From contig JBOEGF010000015.1 of assembly GCA_050633305.1 (NCBI GenBank), forward strand, positions 1 to 64,000: a DNA stretch of 64,000 nucleotides, given 5' to 3'. Position 1 is the first letter of the stretch; each line of letters starts with the position of its first letter. The DNA is from Nannocystales bacterium. GTDB lineage: Bacteria > Myxococcota_A > Polyangia > Nannocystales > Nannocystaceae. This document shows positions 9,260-19,374 of this stretch, one piece after another. The notes below the pieces were generated by a model, which did not search any database, was not told the origin of the DNA, and worked only from the letters and a program-made list of their open reading frames with translations. The position numbers and the translations under genes are program-made.

Positions 9260-10063
9260 ATGGATCTTGGGCACTATGTGTTTGGACTCTCGGTATCCCT
9301 TGCTGCGCTCGCGGGATGTGGGCCCGCTGTTCAGCCTGCGGAACCGAGTACGGGGACGAGCGGGGCAACGGCAGGGGGAGGCTCGAGCACTGGCGACGAG
9401 GGGTCAACGTCCTCAGATCCGACCTTCGGTCCAACCTTCGGCTCGACCCTTGGTTCAACGTCCTTCTTTGGGGCCACCGAAGCGTCCACGACCTTCCTCG
9501 ATGGGACGAGCAGTTCGGGAGCAAGCTCGGTCGGCGAGACTTCGGCCCCACGCTGCATGGGTGACTGGCCGGACAACATCGCTTGCGCGATGCTGGACGA
9601 ACCCAACGTGGAGGGGACGGTGACGACTCCGCTGGGCTCGTTCCAGGTCTCCCACGCATACTTTGGCGCCCAGACCGGATGCTCTCAGTGCATCTTCGAG
9701 GCAAACGTCGCTGTGATCTATCTGCTGCCAGAGCCCGTCGCCTCGGTAGACAACGGGATCGAGTCGGAGAACATGTTGATGTTCTTTCCCGACGGGGGCG
9801 GTGGGTTCACGGGCCCCACGGGGACGACGATCGATGGCGGACGGCTTCGTGTGATTCGCGATGGCGCGCAGCAGGAGAGCTTCGAAGCGACGTTCGAACT
9901 CGACACCATTCCGGACGCACAAAGCTTGGCCGACCCATTCGATCCGCAAGCGGCCACGGCGATCTCCGGGAGGGTCCGGGTCAACAGCGGCAACTGGGAC
10001 GTGGATCTGACCTTCGGCGCGAGCTACTGCCCAATGGTCAACGAGTTCGTGATCTGCGAGTGA
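9260..10063 (+). CDS. Hypothetical lipoprotein
   Basis: Lipobox LAG-C; Ser/Thr/Gly linker; Cys-containing beta-rich C-terminal domain. Confidence 0.8.
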   Translation: MDLGHYVFGLSVSLAALAGCGPAVQPAEPSTGTSGATAGGGSSTGDEGSTSSDPTFGPTFGSTLGSTSFFGATEASTTFLDGTSSSGASSVGETSAPRCMGDWPDNIACAMLDEPNVEGTVTTPLGSFQVSHAYFGAQTGCSQCIFEANVAVIYLLPEPVASVDNGIESENMLMFFPDGGGGFTGPTGTTIDGGRLRVIRDGAQQESFEATFELDTIPDAQSLADPFDPQAATAISGRVRVNSGNWDVDLTFGASYCPMVNEFVICE

Positions 10064-10089
10064 CGCACCGAGGAGAACGAGGACGTCAG

Positions 10090-10215
10090 TCATCGTCCGG
10101 CTGCTCGACGACCGGGTCCTCGGCGATGTTGTCGCCACGGTCGGTATTCCGTCGCGTCGAGCCCGTAGCGCTTGATCCACCGCTGGACCTGCGAGCGAAC
10201 TTTGCCCATCGCTCG
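10090..10215 (-). pseudogene. Relic C-terminal Fis-type HTH of a sigma54 enhancer-binding protein
   Basis: Hand translation RAMGKVRSQVQRWIKRYGLDATEYR resembles myxobacterial EBP C-termini; no AAA+ domain upstream. Confidence 0.5.
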
Positions 10216-10341
10216 AGTTCTCGCCCGTGTGAAGGTCTTCGATGTAGACCTCAGCAGGTGCAGGTGCAGGCCGGAGCCATTCGCCCAACAGACCCGACGC
10301 TTCGTTGCAGGGCCTCGGCGTTCGCAACGCCCCGCAGCGTC

Positions 10342-10851
10342 CTATCTTTGCTGAGGATCCGCCCCGGACGCCTTGTTCTCTTGTTCCTGCTCCCGCTTGT
10401 CCGCTCTGCCTTTTGCGGCCTTGGCTCTGCCCTCCTGGCCGGTCGCGGGGAACTCGAGCGGATCGGGCTCGGGTCCATCGGTACAGACGCATGCAACGAA
10501 CGCATGGCGGCCGGAGCCCGGTGGATCTCGTTCCTCTGAGCCCTGGACCGTCGCGGAGCTGTACCCGCGCTCGCTGCACGCATGCTCGCAGTCCTTGCGA
10601 CGCTGAGCACCGCCTACCGCGACCCCCGCAAACGCACCGCACGCCCCAAAGCCAGTCGCCGCCACGCCGACGAGAAACAGCACTCGCTTGCCCTTGCCGT
10701 GCTTTCCGCCCGCAACCTCGTCCATGACCCGGAGCTGTTGGCTCTTGCCCGCGCCTCCGGACGAGAACACCGTCACCATCAACAGCAGCACCCCAAACAT
10801 GAATAGAACGCCACCGTAGACCGACGGGGGGACTGCAGAAACAAGCGGCAT
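10342..10851 (-). CDS. Hypothetical membrane protein with a Cys-containing periplasmic tail
   Basis: Two TM helices, then C-x3-C and CxC motifs. Confidence 0.65.
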   Translation of the reverse strand: MPLVSAVPPSVYGGVLFMFGVLLLMVTVFSSGGAGKSQQLRVMDEVAGGKHGKGKRVLFLVGVAATGFGACGAFAGVAVGGAQRRKDCEHACSERGYSSATVQGSEERDPPGSGRHAFVACVCTDGPEPDPLEFPATGQEGRAKAAKGRADKREQEQENKASGADPQQR

Positions 10852-10953
10852 ACCCAACCAGCGTCTCACCGCGATGACCGCGGGCGCAATCGCGTCGCTC
10901 TCGCTCCTCCGCCCCACGTCTTCGCTGGGACAGCGACAGGTCGCCGCAACAGT

Positions 10954-11847
10954 TCACCGCGCGGGGCGGTCCGCCCAGGCCGCGTCAGTCTCACGGATCT
11001 CCTCGCCTCCAGCCCCTCCTACGTCGTAGTACCGGTTGCCCCTACCCACGAGCGTGTTGGGGTAGCGCCCCTCGAGACGAGCCAGAGCCCTCGCCGCAAG
11101 AAGGTCCAACCCCCAAGCGGCTTCGCCCTGGGTGTGTGGAGCGATGAGTTCACGAAGAGCGCGGAGCGCCTCCGCAGCTTTGGCGTTGTCGCCCGGGTCG
11201 TTGTATCCGCGGTCCGCGTCCATCGCCGCCTTCGCGTGTCGGTCGAGCGACGCCACAACCTCGGCGGGGACGCCAGCTTCCACCATGCGGTCGTACGGCT
11301 CGGTTGTTTCGTAAAGGGCCCCGGGGTACGTGGGGAGTGCCTCGCGAAGACACGTCGGAGACGGAGCGTGCAACGCGAACGCCTCGAGCAACTCGAGCGG
11401 AGATTCGCAAGGGCGGTGCTCGGCAACGAGCCCAAACCAAGTCGACGCGCCGCTGAGGCCATGTGAAACCAGACACCAACGGTCGTTGCCATCGGCATCC
11501 TTCTCCGCGCCGCAGTCGGTCTCCGTATAACAACTCGCTTCGAGGAAAACGCCCGGTGTCGCCGGTGCCTCGATTCGGACCGTGCGGTTCGTGTAGTTGT
11601 AGCGATGCTCGCCGTTGCGCTGCGAGACAGACAACGGGATCTTCGCGTCGCCCACCCTCCAAGTGATGCCATCGTCGGTCGTCTCGAACCGCGACGGGCT
11701 GCAGCGTGCCGTTGGCTCGGGCGTCGCGTCAGGTTGCGTCGGAGCAGGCGGAGGGCCAGGTGAGTTGGCCTCGCGGGAAGGAACGGCCGGTCGTTGGGCG
11801 CAGGCGGTCATCCATACGGCGACGAGCGGAAGAGTCCATCGAGTCAT
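10954..11847 (-). CDS. Hypothetical lipoprotein
   Basis: MTRWTLPLVAVWMTA-C; Pro-rich linker. Confidence 0.7.
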   Translation of the reverse strand: MTRWTLPLVAVWMTACAQRPAVPSREANSPGPPPAPTQPDATPEPTARCSPSRFETTDDGITWRVGDAKIPLSVSQRNGEHRYNYTNRTVRIEAPATPGVFLEASCYTETDCGAEKDADGNDRWCLVSHGLSGASTWFGLVAEHRPCESPLELLEAFALHAPSPTCLREALPTYPGALYETTEPYDRMVEAGVPAEVVASLDRHAKAAMDADRGYNDPGDNAKAAEALRALRELIAPHTQGEAAWGLDLLAARALARLEGRYPNTLVGRGNRYYDVGGAGGEEIRETDAAWADRPAR

Positions 11848-12102
11848 CGAGATTGGAACGTAGCAGCGATGGCCCAGCCAGGCCGCAGCGAAGCCGAACG
11901 CGAACTCGAGCACCGTCGGTGACGAGGTCTCTTCGACCGAGGTTCGTCCCCGAAATCAGCCCCAGGTCATCATGCTCTTGCCGCTCACAAACGCTCTCGC
12001 CAAATGCCGAGCGCCGGCCAATCACGGCGAATTCTCGGGTTGAGGGCGTGATTCCTCGCTTTCGTGATCAGCTCCGGGTCGGCGGTCCACTCACCGGATA
12101 CG

Positions 12103-15087
12103 ATGGCCACGATCTCGCCCAGCGCCCTCCCCGTGACTCACCTCGATACGCTCTCGTTCGTCGGCCTCGAGCGCTCACACCTCCGTAGTGCCGTGTATCG
12201 ACGCGTGTTCGGAGATGACACGGGCCCGGTTCGGATCGGTCGCTACTCCTTGCTGGAACGGATCGGAGCCGGAGCTCGTGGCGTGGTCTTCAAGGCGTTC
12301 GACAACCAACTCGACCGCCTCGTTGCACTCAAGGTTCTCTCGACGCGGGCCGACGACCACGAGGAGCTCATTCGCGAGGCCAAGGCCCTTGCCCGACTGT
12401 CCCACCCCAACGTCCTTCCCGTGTACGAAGTGGGCGAGACGGAGGACGGCCAGGTGTTTCTCGCGACCGAGTACGTCAAGGGCTGGACGCTGCGTGGCTG
12501 GTACGACGAGGAGACACGTGGCGAGGCTGCGATCGTCGAGGTGATCCGTCAGGTCGCACGCGGTGTGCAAGCAGCCCACGACGAAGGCCTGGTCCACCGT
12601 GACCTCAAACCCGCCAACATCTTGCTCGGGGAAGACGGTCGAGTTCGAGTGGCAGACTTCGGGTTGGCGCGTTTCGACCCCTCCGCACTCGACCCCGCTG
12701 CTCACGTTCCCCGCGACGGGATTGCCACCACAACCGCCGGCACGCCCGGCTACATGGCGCCCGAGCTCTTTCGTGGCGCGCCGGCATCCACGGCTTCGGA
12801 CCAGTACGCGCTCGCCGTAACGCTACACGAGCTCTTGTTTGGATCGCTCCCCGAGGAAACCGACCAACGTCTCGTCTCACGCGGCGTCACCAAGGCGGTG
12901 GTCGCCGTGGCGCAGCGCGGACTCTCGAAAGCACCCGAAGACCGCTTTCCTAGCGTCGGGGTCTTCGCGGATGCCCTCGTCACCAAGGCACGTTCCGCAT
13001 GGCTCCGGCGAATGCCATGGATCGTCGGTGCCGCCGCGCTGGGAGGCACCGTCGCGCTAGGTGGACTCGCGGCGACGGTCCTCCTTGTACCTCCTCCGGA
13101 GGGCCCGGCCGCAGGCAACGAGGTCGCGATGCTGCGGGCGCAAGCAGCCCTCCCCCAGGATCCGCTCGCTGCGGTCGGAGAGCTCCGCAAAGCCCAGGAC
13201 CTCACCGATGCACGGCTGCTGCCGACGGCCGAGCGCGCCCTCGCACTCGGACCGGAACAAGCTCGCTTCGAACTCCCCGAACAAACCAAAGACCTCGTGC
13301 TCCTGGGGAGTGTCCTGGTCTTCGGAGATCCCAAGGGGCGGCTCGAGGCCCGGCGCATTGACCGAGACGGACTGCATCCGATCGAGATCGAGGGCACCGG
13401 CCTCGAATCCTCCTACACCTTGTTCCCCGGGATCGACTACTTTCCCACCGGGATTCTGCTGAACAATCCGACCCCACTCGCCGCGATCGATCCCTGGGCA
13501 CTCCAAGAGCACGCGCTTCGAGACTCGAAGTACGCGGTCTCCGGAGATGGACGGCGAGTTGCACGGATCCTCCACGACGCCCCCGTCCTTTCCGTGCTGG
13601 ACGTCGAGACCGGCGAGGAAATCTGGCAGCTCGAGCAGCCAGGCCGCGGGTTCAAGAGCGTGAGCCTCGACGCTCGGGGCGAACGCCTCGCTTGGACGGA
13701 GCGGTCCGGAGCTGCTTTCATCCTCGAGCTCGCAACCGGGGTGATGCACGAACTCGACCAGCCTGCGGCCGATGTGTTGTTTGAGCCCGCCTCCACCTCG
13801 ATCGTCATCCGGGGACGCGATTCCGGCGTGTTTCGAACCGACCTGCTCAAAGGCGAGACCGTTCGCTTGTTCGAGGAAGCTGGAGACTTCACAGAGGTGG
13901 CGCTCTCCCCCGGGGGCGAGTGGGTCGCAGCGCGCCGTGATAGCGACAAGATCACCGTGACCAACCTGCACGCGTCCCTCCCACACACAGTCAGCGGGGA
14001 CGCATTCAGGTTTTCCCCCGACGGTAAGCGCATCGCCGTTCGAAACGGACGGAATCTCGAGGTCCATGATCTGGCCTCGACCGACGTTCGATCGTTCCGG
14101 CTCGCTGAACAAACCGACACATTCGCATTCTCGGATGCGCAGACCTTGTGGGCCGTGAGCACCGACCGCGTCGTTCGAAGGTTCGATGTGCCCCCGACGC
14201 TGGCTCTGCGCGGACATACCGCTTCCGTCGAAGGCATCGCGCTTTCGGAGGATGGCAGCCTGGCCGTGTCAGCCGCGCGAGACTACACAGTCCGTGTTTG
14301 GGATGTGGACGCGGGGTCCGGCCGGGTGCTCACAACACTGGATGCCGAACCGCGCACAATCACCCTCGACGAACGGGCAGGGCGCGTCGCCATCACCCTC
14401 ATCGGGAGCCCGACCGCGCTGTACGACCTCGAGACAGGAGAGCCCCTTGGTCACCTCCCGAGCAGCTCGCGACCCGTCCTCGGACCCAATCACGCCCTGA
14501 TCGGCGCGGGCAAGAATGGCGTCTGGAGCGACTCCAATGGCCAGATGACCATGCTGACGACGGAACCGTGCTCACCGGCAACTGCAACAGCATCCTGGGT
14601 GGCCGCGGTGTGCGGGGATGAACCGATGCTCCACGTATGGGCCGGCGCGACCCACACCTCGACCCCAGTCGACAAACCTTTCTTCGGGTCATCCCTGTAC
14701 GCGTGGCCGGACCCCGATCACGTCCTCTTCTACGGTGCGGACGAAGCCTTCTTCCGTCTGGACGGCGGGAAACTGGAGCGCGAGGAGTCCCCCGGCCTGT
14801 TCGGCGGCGCGCCGTACTACAGCATTTCCGTCGCGACAAACCTCGCACAGGACCTGATCGTGCGGAGGCCGGAGGGATTGTACGCGAATTGGGCACCCGG
14901 TGAGGAGCCGGCCCTGCTGACCCCGAGCGAGACCGGCCGAGCGCTGGCGATCTCCGGGGATGGGCTCCGCCTCGCCTACGAGCTGCGCCAGCATCAGATC
15001 GTGGTCCGCGACCGGTCAGTCTCCAAAGCCCGCCCACGACTCGATGCGGCCCTCCAAGTCGCCGCCGCAACAGGAGACCAGCCTTGA
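12103..15087 (+). CDS. Ser/Thr protein kinase with TM helix and WD40/beta-propeller sensor domain
   Basis: GAGARG, VALK, HRDLKPANIL, DFG, GTPGYMAPE; TM segment; LRGHTASV...SAARDYTVRVWD WD40 repeat. Confidence 0.93.
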   Translation: MATISPSALPVTHLDTLSFVGLERSHLRSAVYRRVFGDDTGPVRIGRYSLLERIGAGARGVVFKAFDNQLDRLVALKVLSTRADDHEELIREAKALARLSHPNVLPVYEVGETEDGQVFLATEYVKGWTLRGWYDEETRGEAAIVEVIRQVARGVQAAHDEGLVHRDLKPANILLGEDGRVRVADFGLARFDPSALDPAAHVPRDGIATTTAGTPGYMAPELFRGAPASTASDQYALAVTLHELLFGSLPEETDQRLVSRGVTKAVVAVAQRGLSKAPEDRFPSVGVFADALVTKARSAWLRRMPWIVGAAALGGTVALGGLAATVLLVPPPEGPAAGNEVAMLRAQAALPQDPLAAVGELRKAQDLTDARLLPTAERALALGPEQARFELPEQTKDLVLLGSVLVFGDPKGRLEARRIDRDGLHPIEIEGTGLESSYTLFPGIDYFPTGILLNNPTPLAAIDPWALQEHALRDSKYAVSGDGRRVARILHDAPVLSVLDVETGEEIWQLEQPGRGFKSVSLDARGERLAWTERSGAAFILELATGVMHELDQPAADVLFEPASTSIVIRGRDSGVFRTDLLKGETVRLFEEAGDFTEVALSPGGEWVAARRDSDKITVTNLHASLPHTVSGDAFRFSPDGKRIAVRNGRNLEVHDLASTDVRSFRLAEQTDTFAFSDAQTLWAVSTDRVVRRFDVPPTLALRGHTASVEGIALSEDGSLAVSAARDYTVRVWDVDAGSGRVLTTLDAEPRTITLDERAGRVAITLIGSPTALYDLETGEPLGHLPSSSRPVLGPNHALIGAGKNGVWSDSNGQMTMLTTEPCSPATATASWVAAVCGDEPMLHVWAGATHTSTPVDKPFFGSSLYAWPDPDHVLFYGADEAFFRLDGGKLEREESPGLFGGAPYYSISVATNLAQDLIVRRPEGLYANWAPGEEPALLTPSETGRALAISGDGLRLAYELRQHQIVVRDRSVSKARPRLDAALQVAAATGDQP

Positions 15088-15752
15088 CCTCGGCGCGGCA
15101 AAAACAGGCCGTAGTCGCGGTGGAACGGGCGCCAGATGACGACCTGCTCTATACCCGGTGGGCGTCGGGCGAACGGAAAGCCGGAGAGGCGCTGATCGAG
15201 CGACACCTGGACACCGTCGGCCGTTTTCTCGCCAACAAGTGCCCGGACCCCTCACGGCTCGAGGACCTCGTCGCGACCGTGTTCGAGCGCTGCGCCAAGA
15301 GCTTGGGGAGGTTTGGCGGGCGCTCGTCGTTTCGAACGTACCTGCTCGGCATCGCGTACAACGTCGCGCGAGATGACCTCAAGCGACACGTTCGCTCACC
15401 GAAGTTCGACGAGACGGTCACGAGCCTCGCGAGCATCTCCAACTCACCCAGCGCGATCGTTGCGGTCCGTGAGGAGCAGGCGATCCTGCTCCAAGCGCTC
15501 CGCCAGCTCCCCTTCGCCCTGCAAGCGGTCCTCGAGTTGCATTTCTTCGAGGAGCTGTCACGAGCCGAGGTCGCCCGCGTGCTCGAGCTGGCGGAGGGCA
15601 CGGTGGCAAGTCGACTGCGCAAAGCCAAGGTCGAGCTCCGCCGCGAGCTGGAAGCGCTGGCGGACGACCCAGCACTGTTGCAATCCACGGTGACAGACTT
15701 GCCGGCTTGGGTGGCCGACCTGCGGGCGCGGCTGTACGCATCTGCGGATTGA
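15084..15752 (+). CDS. ECF sigma-70 factor with C-terminal extension
   Basis: Region 2 (SSFRTYLLGIAYN) and region 4 (EVARVLELAEGTVASRLRKA); start overlaps the kinase stop. Confidence 0.9.
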   Translation: MTSARQKQAVVAVERAPDDDLLYTRWASGERKAGEALIERHLDTVGRFLANKCPDPSRLEDLVATVFERCAKSLGRFGGRSSFRTYLLGIAYNVARDDLKRHVRSPKFDETVTSLASISNSPSAIVAVREEQAILLQALRQLPFALQAVLELHFFEELSRAEVARVLELAEGTVASRLRKAKVELRRELEALADDPALLQSTVTDLPAWVADLRARLYASAD

Positions 15753-15858
15753 GCGGCTCTGGGCGTCGCTATTGCGTGCGGCGACGCGGCCCGAAGCGGG
15801 ACGGGGAGAGTCCTTGCAGCGCCGTCGCGCAACGGCACAGAGGTGAAGTCCGTTTGTG

Positions 15859-17337
15859 ATGGCTACGCGTCTAAGCACCGCCGCACTCACCCTGTGCATC
15901 GCCTTCGGCCTCACCGGCTGCAAGAAGCTGTGCGACGCAGGGATCAACGAAAAGTGCCCTCCGTGCACGGCCGTGCCTCTCTCCAGCGCGTGGACGCGGC
16001 CGATGCTCGAGCCACTGGTCCCCACCGACGATGCGATTGTCTGCGAGGCGACGGGCAACGACGCGGGTGACGCCGAACTCTCGTACTGGCTCCCCGAACG
16101 TGTGCATGAGAGCAACGTCGCCACGGTCAGCGCGGCGCAGGACGCTGGTTGGATTCGAACGAGCGACAACTGGTACGACGAAAACGACCGCTCCCAGATG
16201 CCCAAGTGGAGCGAGTTTGGCCTGAGCAACGGAGACACGCTCCGCATCGACCTCAAGTCGGAGGGCGGCGGCACGCGGGTCGAAGTGAAACTCACCACGG
16301 TTCCACTGCCTCCGCCGCTCCAAGGCGACGTCAGCATCTTCGCCTACCGCAGCGCTTCCTATGCCCTGCAGGATGGGCGCATCATCGCGCTGCCCGGGGT
16401 TGTCGGAGGCGCGACGATCTCCACGGGAGATAGCTTTTACTTCCGGGCTGCCGCCGACCAATACGGGCACTACCGATCCGACGGCACCGCGGTCGTCCAC
16501 CCGGCGTTTCCCGCGGGGCAAGGCTCCACCACCGCCCACGGACCCGGTCCACGAGGGATGCCGTGGGTCTCCCACAACCCCACCGACCGCAACAAGCCGC
16601 TGCTGCTCGGTGAGTTGGTCGACGGTGTCTGGGACCTCGAAGCGGTGAGCGGCCTGGTTCCTCGACTGCCCGCGGGCTCCATTGACGCCGCCGCGACCGA
16701 CTCGGGCGCGGTGTGGCTGCTCGCCGGAAACGTCGTCTACACCAAGAGTCCGAATGGATGGCGCGGCAAGAAGCTCAGCTCCAAGCCCGCCCCGCTTCGG
16801 CCGCTGGTCGCCGAAGCCAACAGCGTCTTGATCTCGACCGAGCACGCGGTGTTACGGGCGAACCTCGACGGAAAACGGATCACCACGACACCCGTCGTAT
16901 CGCTGGACTTCTATCCCGAGCTCTACGACGCGGGCGAGGTCGGCGTTGTCGCTCGCACGCGCACCGACGTGATGCTGATCTCCGCAGAGGCCGCGACGAA
17001 GCTCGAGCTGCCGGGTGACTCGCAGGCCCCCGACATCGCGATCAATGCCCGCGGCGTGATCGCGGTCGCGACCAAGTCCCCCTCGACGATCATCGTCCGT
17101 GAACTCGACGGCACCATCACGCGCTACCCCGAACTACCCCGGCGGGTTGCGTCCATGTCCGTCGACGGCCTGGGCCGTGTCTGGGCACTCCTGGTGGACG
17201 GTGACCCTGTCGTCGCGGACCGCGGCACCCTGGTTCCACTGCTCGGACTGGCCGAGGAGGGCATGCGTCCAAGCAGCGTGACCTTCCTGGGCAATGGCGC
17301 CCCACCAATTCTAGCGGCCGTTGCCGAGCACGGTTGA
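15859..17337 (+). CDS. Lipoprotein with probable C-terminal beta-propeller
   Basis: Lipobox LTG-C; repeated D..G.VW blade-like motifs. Confidence 0.75.
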   Translation: MATRLSTAALTLCIAFGLTGCKKLCDAGINEKCPPCTAVPLSSAWTRPMLEPLVPTDDAIVCEATGNDAGDAELSYWLPERVHESNVATVSAAQDAGWIRTSDNWYDENDRSQMPKWSEFGLSNGDTLRIDLKSEGGGTRVEVKLTTVPLPPPLQGDVSIFAYRSASYALQDGRIIALPGVVGGATISTGDSFYFRAAADQYGHYRSDGTAVVHPAFPAGQGSTTAHGPGPRGMPWVSHNPTDRNKPLLLGELVDGVWDLEAVSGLVPRLPAGSIDAAATDSGAVWLLAGNVVYTKSPNGWRGKKLSSKPAPLRPLVAEANSVLISTEHAVLRANLDGKRITTTPVVSLDFYPELYDAGEVGVVARTRTDVMLISAEAATKLELPGDSQAPDIAINARGVIAVATKSPSTIIVRELDGTITRYPELPRRVASMSVDGLGRVWALLVDGDPVVADRGTLVPLLGLAEEGMRPSSVTFLGNGAPPILAAVAEHG

Positions 17338-17370
17338 GCCGCACCCGCGCTGGGGACTACGCTGGGCACC

Positions 17371-18066
17371 GTGACGACCCAGGCCGACAGCCTCCCTTCG
17401 CCCCAAGACGCCGCAACGATGGATTGGGTCGCGATCCGAACGCTCCGCGACACCCTTCGGAGCCACCTCGTCGAGGTCGCGAGCGGCACCCACGTACGCG
17501 AATCCGATTCGGAACCGAGTGCGGGTGTCGTCCGGGCGGATTGGAAAAGCGTCGTGCTCGCCTCGGCCAACAGCTTGGCGGGTCTTCTTCGGCTGCAGCA
17601 GTACACGGAGTCTGGAGAACCGGACGTCGACCTCTCGTCCGCCGATGCCGACACCCGCAAGCGAAGCCCGCTCGTCCAACACGCGGTCCTCGTCGAGTGC
17701 ACCGCCTCCGCGTTGCTGACCAGTCACGAAGAAACGCAAGACTCCCTTCGCCCCGCCAAGGCTCCCGACCTGATGGCATCCTTGCTCAAGACGATCTCGG
17801 GCGCATCTGGCATGCCAGTGACGGTGTGGACCCCCGGCGGGGTCATCTCCGGAACCACGACCTCGCTCGCAGACTTCTTCTCGTCGACCGTGGACCACCT
17901 CGAGAACAAGATCAGCGACGATCACTACGGGATGCTGCGCCAGCAGTCCGCGCGACTGAGCGATACCGCAGCGCTACCGAACGTCGTCCTCCTCTCGACC
18001 GCTCAGGGGCAAAAGGTCGCCGTCCGGTTCGAGAATATCTCCGCCTGGACCCTCGGCTCCGCATAG
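17371..18066 (+). CDS. Hypothetical protein; C-terminal domain resembles the GvpU-like fold
   Basis: MPVTVWTPGGVISGT...FF ... VRFENISAWTLG. Confidence 0.6.
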   Translation: MTTQADSLPSPQDAATMDWVAIRTLRDTLRSHLVEVASGTHVRESDSEPSAGVVRADWKSVVLASANSLAGLLRLQQYTESGEPDVDLSSADADTRKRSPLVQHAVLVECTASALLTSHEETQDSLRPAKAPDLMASLLKTISGASGMPVTVWTPGGVISGTTTSLADFFSSTVDHLENKISDDHYGMLRQQSARLSDTAALPNVVLLSTAQGQKVAVRFENISAWTLGSA

Positions 18067-18175
18067 CCCCCGCAGGACGGCCCCGGCCCGAATTGCACCT
18101 CCGAGGTTGGTGCATCCGGGCCAATGCGTGCGATGTCTATCTCCGATGGACGTCCACGCGAGCCAGGGGAGACAC

Positions 18176-18574
18176 GTGACGGCAGACCTTCTGTTTGCCC
18201 TCGTCCTCTCCCTGCTCCTCGGCCACGAGCTCGATGCGATGGTCCGGCACGAGTGGAGGCTTCTTCCCGGCCTCTCGAGCATCGGCGACGATGCCTTGGC
18301 GAGGGACACCTTCAATCTGCTCCACGTCCCCCTGCTCTCGCTCGTCGCGTACTTCGCCACCCATCCGGAACGAAGGGTTCGCGCGCGACTGCAGACGAGC
18401 GTCGCTGCGTTCGCGGCCCTGCACGCGATCGTTCACGCGATCGTCTCCCACGTACCGACGTACGAGTTCGTCCCGCCGGTCGAGACCATCACCGTGTATG
18501 GGTCGGGGGTTGGTGGCGCCCTGTTCCTCTTGCTCACGATCGCTCGGCGCCGACGCTTGGCCTCGGAGGCCTGA
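18176..18574 (+). CDS. DUF6713-like small membrane protein
   Basis: HELDA-x3-EWRLL and LLHVPL motifs; about four TM helices. Confidence 0.7.
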   Translation: MTADLLFALVLSLLLGHELDAMVRHEWRLLPGLSSIGDDALARDTFNLLHVPLLSLVAYFATHPERRVRARLQTSVAAFAALHAIVHAIVSHVPTYEFVPPVETITVYGSGVGGALFLLLTIARRRRLASEA

Positions 18575-18588
18575 GTCGCACGAGGCTC

Positions 18589-19320
18589 TCAGCCCCGCGA
18601 AACCGCGGTCCAACCCCACGCCGTCGCTGCCACGATGCCGACGAATCCCCCGAGGTCGCCCGTACTCAGTGCCCCGCCGAGCGTCATCAGCAGTTGAAGC
18701 GGAACCAGCCACTTCGTCGGGATCGGCAAGCCGAACACATACGGCGTGTGGGAGACCGTGGAGTATCGATTGCTGGACGCGAAGGCGGCCAGACCAATCG
18801 CCAGGATCACGTTCTGGCCCTGCATCAGCCAAAACGGAGCGTAGCTACACGAAGGGCCGCCAAACTGGTTCGATCCCGCCTGCGCCAAGGCAGCTGTGAC
18901 CCCAGCGACCGCAACCCCACCGAGCAGGATCGTCCGCGCACGCCTTGGACGAACCCACACGACGAGTTGCTGCACGAGCCAGTACACGAGCACGAGCTGC
19001 AACACGACCCAAGCGCTGATGCCCCCGCGCCCGAACAACCCGTAGGTGACCATCCGCCAGACCTCGCCACGCTCCCACGCCGCGGGGTCCAAGCGGAGCC
19101 ACTCGACCCACGGCCGAAGGGGCTCCACGGCATCGCAGAAGCAACCGACCGACAGCCCGAGCAGGAGAACCTTGAGAAACGGCGGAGGCGTCCCGAGACC
19201 CGCGATCACTTCCTGCCAAGGATTGCGTCTGAACACCACCGACTGTGGGACGGACGAACCGCGGGCGGGTTGCAAGAGCTGCGTTCGATCCCAGCAGGCG
19301 CGCTGCTGCGCTCGGTACAT
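18589..19320 (-). CDS. Rhomboid-like (DUF1751/Derlin-like) membrane protein
   Basis: GEVWRMVTY (WR motif), FGLPIPTKW; no obvious GxSG catalytic motif. Confidence 0.65.
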   Translation of the reverse strand: MYRAQQRACWDRTQLLQPARGSSVPQSVVFRRNPWQEVIAGLGTPPPFLKVLLLGLSVGCFCDAVEPLRPWVEWLRLDPAAWERGEVWRMVTYGLFGRGGISAWVVLQLVLVYWLVQQLVVWVRPRRARTILLGGVAVAGVTAALAQAGSNQFGGPSCSYAPFWLMQGQNVILAIGLAAFASSNRYSTVSHTPYVFGLPIPTKWLVPLQLLMTLGGALSTGDLGGFVGIVAATAWGWTAVSRG

Positions 19321-19374
19321 GGCTTTTCAGGACCGATACGCCCTCCTATTCGCCGCAAGCGCTCTCCACCATGA

